A stretch of DNA of 64,000 bases, taken from Neocallimastix sp. 'constans' (taxonomy: Eukaryota). A program made the position numbers and the translations under genes. Shown here one piece after another: positions 53,046-64,000 of the stretch (position 1 is the first letter of the stretch; each line of letters begins with the position of its first letter). The notes beneath the pieces were generated by a model that had not been told where the DNA came from, made no database searches, and saw nothing but the letters and a program-made list of their open reading frames with translations. The stretch covers positions 248,001 through 312,000 of the forward strand of contig JBODTK010000126.1 of NCBI GenBank assembly GCA_050613775.1. Direction: 5' to 3'.

Positions 53046-53818
53046 AAATTTGACATGAGTATTTCCATTAAAAGAAAAATAGTTTCAGAAGATTGCCCTA
53101 AATGTTGCCCTTGTTGTGATGTTAGTGTACCTAGCTTTTCTCATATGGATTTTTGCCTGTAAAGAATTGGAAAATAACAAAAATAAATCTTTACCTTTTC
53201 TAGATGATCTCTTTTTGAAGTTTGTAATGATAATTGAACAATAATCCTTGGATGTTTCTTTAGATTCAGAAAAGAATTATGATAATAATATTTATTACTT
53301 TATATTGAGTGCTCTTCTTGTTGGACGTTCAATATATAAAAAAATTAAACTTAATGATGTTGAACAAATACAATTAGTTGACAATATTTTTAAACAAAGT
53401 TCAATTTCATCGATTGTTCCGTATTATGTGGAGATTGCGGAGTTTCTAACAAACGTAATACCATTAATTTGTCGATCTTTTAAATTGATGATGAAATGTT
53501 ATTCCGTTGAATCTACTGTTGCCAAGAGCGTCGACGTTGAAATGATAAGGCATGAATTTTCACCTCCCGGTGAAAGAACTGATACAGATTCGTTAGATAA
53601 CACTAATACTGAAATTATTACTCACAATAATGGACGTGGTGCTATCATCGATGAATGGGAAAAGTTAGAGGCTATAATTTTATAATTTTATAATATATAA
53701 TATTTTACTTCATGTATTTTATTATTTTTTTCTTCTTTAAAATCATGTAATTTTATTATTATTATTATAAATTAAATAAAGTTCTCTCTAAGTCTAAAAA
53801 AAAAAAAAAAAAAAAAAA
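53046..53818 (+). mobile_element. 5'-truncated LINE (family A), longer copy that includes the CCHC zinc motif
   Basis: Contains EDCPKCCPCCDVSVPSFSH. ORF 53248-53685 is closely similar to ORF 14846-15322, with the same 3' tail and poly(A) at 53796-53818. Confidence 0.9.
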
Positions 53819-53904
53819 GATATTATTTATAAAACTGATATAAAACAAATATGCAAAACAACATATTCGTATATTAAATAATAATTATTAAATATTATAT
53901 TTAT

Positions 53905-54340
53905 AACTTTTTGTCAATAATAATTATTGAAATAATTTTTATTCATATTTTAACATATATTCACATATATTATTAACTAAAATACTAAAAATATTAAATA
54001 ATTTATTTCTTCTTAATATATTATATATAATAATATTCTTATATATCTTAAAGTTTATATTAAAAATACATAATTCTTCTATATATTAAAATATAATAAA
54101 ATAGTTATAATTAATTATATAGTTGATATTATTAATTATATTATTTATAATATTATTATTTTATATTTTGTTTATTATTAAACTATAATTTTATATGTAA
54201 ATAATCATAGTAATAATAATCCTTCACGTAATTTCTAAATGGAGGTTAACTTGATTAATTCCTAGGATAGAAAATATTAAAGTTCATAAAAATAATATAA
54301 TTATACCAAGTATAAATAATAGTACATAAAAGTCTTGCCA
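53905..54340 (-). repeat. Unclassified AT-rich interspersed repeat, copy 2 (uninterrupted)
   Basis: Shares the ordered anchor strings with 35915-36228 and 37158-37330. Confidence 0.65.
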
Positions 54341-55449
54341 TGTGAATACATTTGATAAATATATATGTTACACAAAATATTTAATAAAACATAAAATATT
54401 GTTAAATATTAGCAATGTTATATGAACTTTATGCATAACATATCTAATATGCCACACAAGCCTCATTAATTATAACCTTATTTTGTATATAGTTATTTTA
54501 TAGTTTAATTAAATTATTTTTTTTTTTTGTTGATTTTATAATAATAAAGATACATGTATTTTTCTAAATAAATAAGTAAATAAAAATATATAATAAATAT
54601 ATATTAAAACACTTGGTGTAATACTTGTTCGTGTTCTCTGAATCCACAACCTTGAACAAATATAAATATAAACACACTTTAACATATGAATAAATATATA
54701 ATACAATTATTAAATAGTTAATAATAATAAGTAAAAATAATAAATATTAAAAATTAAATAATTATAATATTATTAAAAGAATCAATAAAATTTATTAATG
54801 TAATTGCTAATTATTAATTGCCATTTTTATTTTCATGTACCTAAATTTACATAAGGTACTTTTGAATGTTAAATAGTAAAATATAAATTTAATTACCCAT
54901 TTTATTATTAATTAAAATTATTTAAAAAATTGAGGCATGAAATTGCAACATTATATGAAACTTTATTAATTATAAATATTAATCATAAATATTCATTTAA
55001 TATTAATGTTATTTTGTCTTTTTTGTTTTATATATATATATATATAAAAAAAAAAAAAAAAAAAAAGGTATGTATTTTTATTTATAACAATTAATAATAA
55101 ATTTCAAAAGATTATTGATAGAAAAAGTAAAGTGATTGATATTTTAAATGTTTTAGCTTTGTTAAATAATAAAATATTTTATTTTTTTTATTTTTCTATT
55201 CTTTTTTTCTTTCTTTCTTTTTTTTTTTTTTTTTATTTTTTTTTTTTTAATTTTATGATTTTATTATTTTTTAAGTAATATTAATTTGTATATCTTTATG
55301 GACATTATATATAAATTTTTAGATAAATGAATTTTAGATTTGTATATTTCATAATTATAAATAAAACATTTTCTTTAATATTATTAATGAGAAAAGAACA
55401 TAATTTTTTTAAGATTTAATCATTTTAATATTAATTTTATTTTCATTAT

Positions 55450-55452
<3 letters not shown>

Positions 55453-55526
<74 letters not shown>
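55453..55526. repeat. (ATT)n microsatellite (similar runs at ~44524-44570 and ~50684-50736)
   Basis: Perfect trinucleotide runs. Confidence 0.9.
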
Positions 55527-56163
55527 TGAATAACAGATTTAATCATTATTAATTTTAAAAAAAAAATTATTAATTACTTGCTTGAATATAGAATACTTCA
55601 TTAAAAAAAAAAAAAATGGAAATAATTTTTATTAATTAATTATTAATAAAACCCTAAAATTTTACTCAAATAAGATATAAAATTATAATTATTACTAATT
55701 AAATAATTATTTATTTATATTGATATTTTTATTTATTTATATATTGATGAATTATAAAATATTAATTATTTATTTTCTTAACCATCAATTTATTTATTCA
55801 TTAATTTGTTAAAAAATTTTTCATATTATTAGTAATAATATTTTTATTATAATATTAATTTGATAATATATTATTTAATTTTATTTAATATATATTATAT
55901 AACATATAATTACAATTATTATCATTGACCAAATAAAGTTAGTTTTAATTTAAATAATTTTTATAAAAAAAAATATAATATTATATTTAGTTTTTTTTAC
56001 TTGATATAAATAAAAGTATTAAAGTAAAAAAAAAAAAAAAAAAAAAAAAAGAAGAGATCATATTGTAAAAGGAAAATATTATAAATAAAAATATATTTGC
56101 ATATTTTTTTAGGAACAAATAATTATATATAAATATTATTACTAATAGTAATAAATATATAAA

Positions 56164-59618
<3,455 letters not shown>

Positions 59619-60080
59619 ATTTGAAATAATTATATAATTTACCACTTAAACATCTATATTACTTATTTTCTATTATTATTTTTTAATCATTTCTGTATAA
59701 ATTTTTATTAACAATACTAATAGTTAATGTTATTAAAATTAGCATATATATATTTAATAAAATTTTCATATTAATACTTTTTTTTTTTTTTTTTTTTTTT
59801 TTTCATTGTAAAAAGAAGAGATGATTAAAAAGTAATTTATCTTTTTCTTTTTGTATAATTTTTATTTTTTATTAAAAAAATAATGGTAAATAATAATCTT
59901 ATTATTTCTTTTTTATTTTGAAGCATATATTTATATATTAAGAACAAAAAACAAAAAATAAAAAAAAAAAAAAAAAAAAAAAAAGACAAATTCTATGAAT
60001 AGCAAAATAATAATAATAATAATAATAATAATTAAAAAAAAAAAAAAAAAGTTAGAAAAATTAATAAAAATGATAATACA

Positions 60081-60126
<46 letters not shown>

Positions 60127-60338
60127 TATATATATATATATAACAGTCTATAATAAATAATTAAATAATTAAATAATTAAATAAAAAGGATTTATGGCAA
60201 TAAATATAATAATAATAATATAATAAAAAAAAAAAAAAAATAAAATAAATTAAAATGAAAAAAAAAAAAAAGTTGACCTTTTAATTTATATCTTAATAAA
60301 TAAAATTATAATTATTATTTTTAATAATAATTGGAATA

Positions 60339-61415
60339 GTGTTGCTAATAATAATAATAGTATTGATAGTGAAAATAGGAATATTAATATTAGTGATAGT
60401 TAAAATACTAGGATCGCTACTCTTCCGATGGTACTTTGTGTCAGATGTAGATATAAATTTGATTGAGGAAGACTGTCTAGAAAGGTGTCCTTGTTATTAT
60501 AGAAAAAATAGTAATCCTCATATTGAGAGCACGAAGCGGATATAAATTAGATGCTAGAATTGCTAAAGCTGCAAAAATAATAGATCAAATGTGTCCTAAT
60601 TTTTGTCCCTTTTGTAAAAGTAATAAACAATGGATAAGGCATTGGTTAATTGATTGTCCATTTTACAATCATATTTGTAGTAAAGTTAATGATAAAATTT
60701 TATTTTTATATAATGCTTTAAACCGTGGCAACCTAACAAATAATATTGTTAATAGTAATAATGATATTAGCAACAATAATAGTAATAATAGTTATAGTAA
60801 TATTAGTAATAGTATTATTAGTAATGTTAGTAATAGTATTGAAAATAATGTGTATGTTGATTCTAGTGTGTGTGAAAAAGTGTTTAATTTCCTTCTTGGA
60901 GGAAGAAGTATTAATAAAAGTACAAGGGAATGGAAGGATCTATTTAAGTGCCAGATGAAATCAGGTGCTTATTCTGATACTCCATTCATGGTGGTTACTG
61001 CGGCTCTTCTTCAATCGATTATACCTATTGCTATTGGTCAGCAATGGTCTTTGTTCAATAGGTTCAAATCGAATCGTACTACTACTACCAAGAGCGTCAA
61101 TGCTGAAGAAACAGTAAGACAGGCCAGCAGGGCTAGCGCTACCAATGAAGATCATAATTTTGTATCTTAAAATTATGATTAACATTGTGAAGTCAAAATT
61201 AATTATTATACTTCAGTATAATAATACCCTTGTGAAGTCTTACAGATATTAATTAAATGAAACTAGAATATTTTATACTATTAATTTATTTTATATTATT
61301 TTGTGTTTTTTTTTGTTTTGTTTATTTTTTTATCCTTTTTTTTTTTTTTTTTTTCTTATTATTACATGTATTTTTTCAAATATTTAATTAATAAAGATGA
61401 AACAAGTTTGCTGTC

Positions 61416-61446
<31 letters not shown>

Positions 61447-62416
61447 AGTAATCCTCAATTGGAATATTGGTTTTCTAAATGCTATCTTTTCGGTGAATTT
61501 CGAATGAAATATTTTAATGATATTAAAGTTCTTTATGAAAATATTTTTTTAATTTTTAAATATTGTCCAATATCAAATAGTAATGTAAACACTGTTATCA
61601 CAAATATGAATAATATTGAATCAAGTACAGATTCTGATAGTAGTAACGAAGTATATAATATTAATAATAGTAACAATAGATATAATATTGTTAATAAAAG
61701 TAGTATTAGTAATAGTGAAAATAGGAATATTAATATCAGTAATAGTAAAAATAATAGTATCGTTACTGATAATGTAGTGAATAGTTCACTTGGTGAAAAT
61801 CGTGTTAATTTAAGTAATTTTCTTCAAAATAAGTGTGTAAGTATAATATGTGACGTGATACCTATTATACAACTTCCTCCTTGGTGGAAGAATGCAGACA
61901 TTATGGATTTAAATTATAAAAAGGAATGGGATGTTTTGTTTAAGAACCAAATCATTTCTGGTGATTATTCAAAAACGTCATTCTTGGTTACAGAAATTAT
62001 GCCTCGAGCCAGTACTTGACAAGGGTTACTATTCCGAAAGTACAAGGGCAAACTAACCAAGAGAATCAACGCTGAAAATGCAGTAAGACAAGCTAGCAGG
62101 GCCAATTCTTCTGAAAGAGAAGACCGTAATTTCTTTTATTTAGTCAATTCAAACCCTAGTCCATAAGGAAGTGAGGTTTGTTGCATAGGAACTTTTTTCT
62201 GAATTTATTTATACACTTTATTGTGAATATTACTTTTTATTTCATGTTACTATTTTAAATATTATTATGTTCTAATTGGACTAATAAATTTTATTTTTTT
62301 ATTAATTCTGTTTTTTTTTTTTTTTTTTTGCAATATAAAAATATTCATGTAACTAATAAATAAATGAATAAATAATGATTAAAGTTCTCAATAATTGTGG
62401 CTATAAGAAAAAAAAA
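60339..62416 (+). mobile_element. LINE family D 3' portion hosting the family C insertion
   Basis: Removing the insert restores CLERCPCYYRKNSNPQLEYWFSKC. It continues through a Asn/Ser-rich region, TKRINAENAVRQ (62056), a 3' tail and a short A tract at 62408-62416. Confidence 0.8.
60521..61439 (+). mobile_element. 5'-truncated LINE (family C) with intact C-terminal ORF, poly(A) and target-site duplication
   Basis: ORF 60523-61170: CPNFCPFC..HWLIDC, LLGGRS, PFMV..A.LL..IIPI, TKSVNAEETVRQ. Poly(A) starts at 61419. Flanking direct repeat AAAAAATAGTAATCCTCA at 60503-60520 and 61440-61457. Confidence 0.9.
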
Positions 62417-62780
62417 TCTTTTCAGTGAATTTCGAATGAAATATTTTAAGGATATTGAAATTTTTTAAAAAAATTTTTTATAATTTCTAAATATTATTCA
62501 ATATCAACTAGCAATGTAAACACTATTGACACAGATATGAATAATTTAGAACCAAGTAATGATTCTGATAGTAGTAACGAAGTATATAATATAATTAATA
62601 ATAACAATAGATATAATATTGTTAATAATAGTAAAATTAGTAATAAAGAAAATAGAAATATTTATATTAGAGAAAATGAAAAATAATAGTATCATTACTA
62701 ATATTGTAGTCAATTGGTGAAAATTGTGTTAATATTAGTAATATTCTTAATAATGAGATAATGGTGTGTAAATATATAGT
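62417..62780 (+). mobile_element. Additional LINE family D fragment
   Basis: Similar to 61485-61850 (TCTTTTC.GTGAATTTCGAATGAAATATTTTAA; GATTCTGATAGTAGTAACGAAGTATATAATAT). Begins immediately after an A tract. Confidence 0.8.
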
Positions 62781-63134
62781 AATATTAGACTTGCATAATT
62801 CATAATATCATGTAGTTTCTACATATTATCATTTTAATGAATCTTACATTTTTTACTTTAGCATTATTTTGTATATGTATTTTTCTATAGTATTATTTAA
62901 ATTTATGTAACAATTGTAAAATGGAAATGTAGGAGAATGATTCACTTCATAGATTGTGCATAAAACTTTATTTAATGGATGGGAATCTTTTTATTATTTT
63001 TCACTTCTAACAATTTATTCACTTTTTCATTTTAGTTAATATATGATAATTTTGAAGAAAATTATTACATAAAGCAGAGCCTTATTATATATTTGACAAT
63101 ACAAAGAGAAAAAAAGAGGAAAAGAAAAAAGAAA

Positions 63135-63400
63135 AGAAAACCAATATATTCAAATTTGATGTGAAATCTTATCGTTATAAGTAAACTTGTATTTGAAGAT
63201 TGCCCTTATAATGGTGTAAGTAAAAGCATACCTAGTTTTATACACGGAATGCATTTATGTCCTATATTTGAAGAATTTGGACAACAATTTATTCAATTTA
63301 TTGATGAAAATTTTATTAATTATTCATTGATTGTTCATGAGAAATCATTGATCATTCCTTATGACAAAGAGGAAGTTTTTGATGATAATATTAATTTTTA
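63135..63400 (+). mobile_element. Decayed LINE zinc-motif region fragment
   Basis: Homologous to 19574-19830 (TTCAAATTTGATG.GAAA.CTTAT; TTGATGAAAATTTT; AGAAATCATTGA). Confidence 0.65.
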
Positions 63401-64000
63401 TTAAAACTTTTCCAGAAAATTATGATATTAATATTTAATAAGTTTTTAATTTTGAATGTACAGAAAAATTCCAATAAAAAAATATAATATTCGTATATTA
63501 TAATTACAAAAAGTTCATTATTTCAATTTTTAACATGAATTTAATTAAATTGTGATTTAAAATAATAAATTTAAAATGAATTAAAATAAAATAAAATAAA
63601 TATTCAAAACACATAAAATGAACAGATGATTAAAATAACATTATTGTATTTAACTGTAATTACAAATTAATTTATTTAATTATTTTTAGATAATTAAAAC
63701 TTTAATGAAAATATATATAATGTAAAAACAAAAAATATTTTCTTTACTTTTATTTTAAATTTTATTTTTATTTTTAAAATTTATTTATTTTATTTTAAAA
63801 TTTTGTATTTAATTTTTAAGATTTTAACAATAAATTATAAATTACATATAATAATCTTTACATTATATTAAAGAGTATTATATATATATGTATTTTTTTA
63901 ATACTTTTTATTACTTTTATTTAAATTAATTATTTTATGGAAGTATAAAAAAAAATTGATTTTTATATGATAAACCTTCTTCTATCCTTTTGGTCTTTCA

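Noticed and set aside
52422..54372. A complete TGTAAC...GTTACA gypsy LTR enclosing the family A LINE
   Set aside because: The termini are suggestive, but no second LTR or TSD is available in the window to confirm the boundaries.

Overview
This is extremely AT-rich eukaryotic DNA with short GT-AG introns and long homopolymer tracts. Composition and the fungal-type genes are consistent with an anaerobic gut fungus (Neocallimastigomycota); that assignment is an inference. Five host genes are supported: a DUF4112 protein (11788-12747 +), a single-exon 733-aa Ser/Asn-rich orphan (24552-26753 -), a 13-exon multi-KH protein of the Khd4/Mug60 type carrying a C-terminal Bicaudal-C-like SAM domain (38779-43412 -), a 1374-aa membrane-anchored coiled-coil protein with a very long EEKVED repeat (46417-50541 +), and a 7-exon CDC48/p97 (56164-59618 +). 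Much of the rest is retroelement debris. Several families of APE-type non-LTR retrotransposons are stacked in co-oriented clusters (14.3-21.2 kb +, 33.9-37.5 kb -, 60.3-62.8 kb +), often starting directly on the previous element's poly(A) tail. There is also a collapsed Ty1/copia remnant and a chromodomain-bearing Ty3/gypsy remnant. The most notable observations are the Bicaudal-C-like KH+SAM architecture with 12 of 12 phase-0 introns, the poly(A)-nested LINE arrays (including one recombinant copy and one clean TSD-flanked nested insertion), a conserved CpG-rich C-terminal LINE motif, and a dense TGACA/TGTCA motif cluster at 1.5-4.4 kb. All alignments and translations were done by eye.
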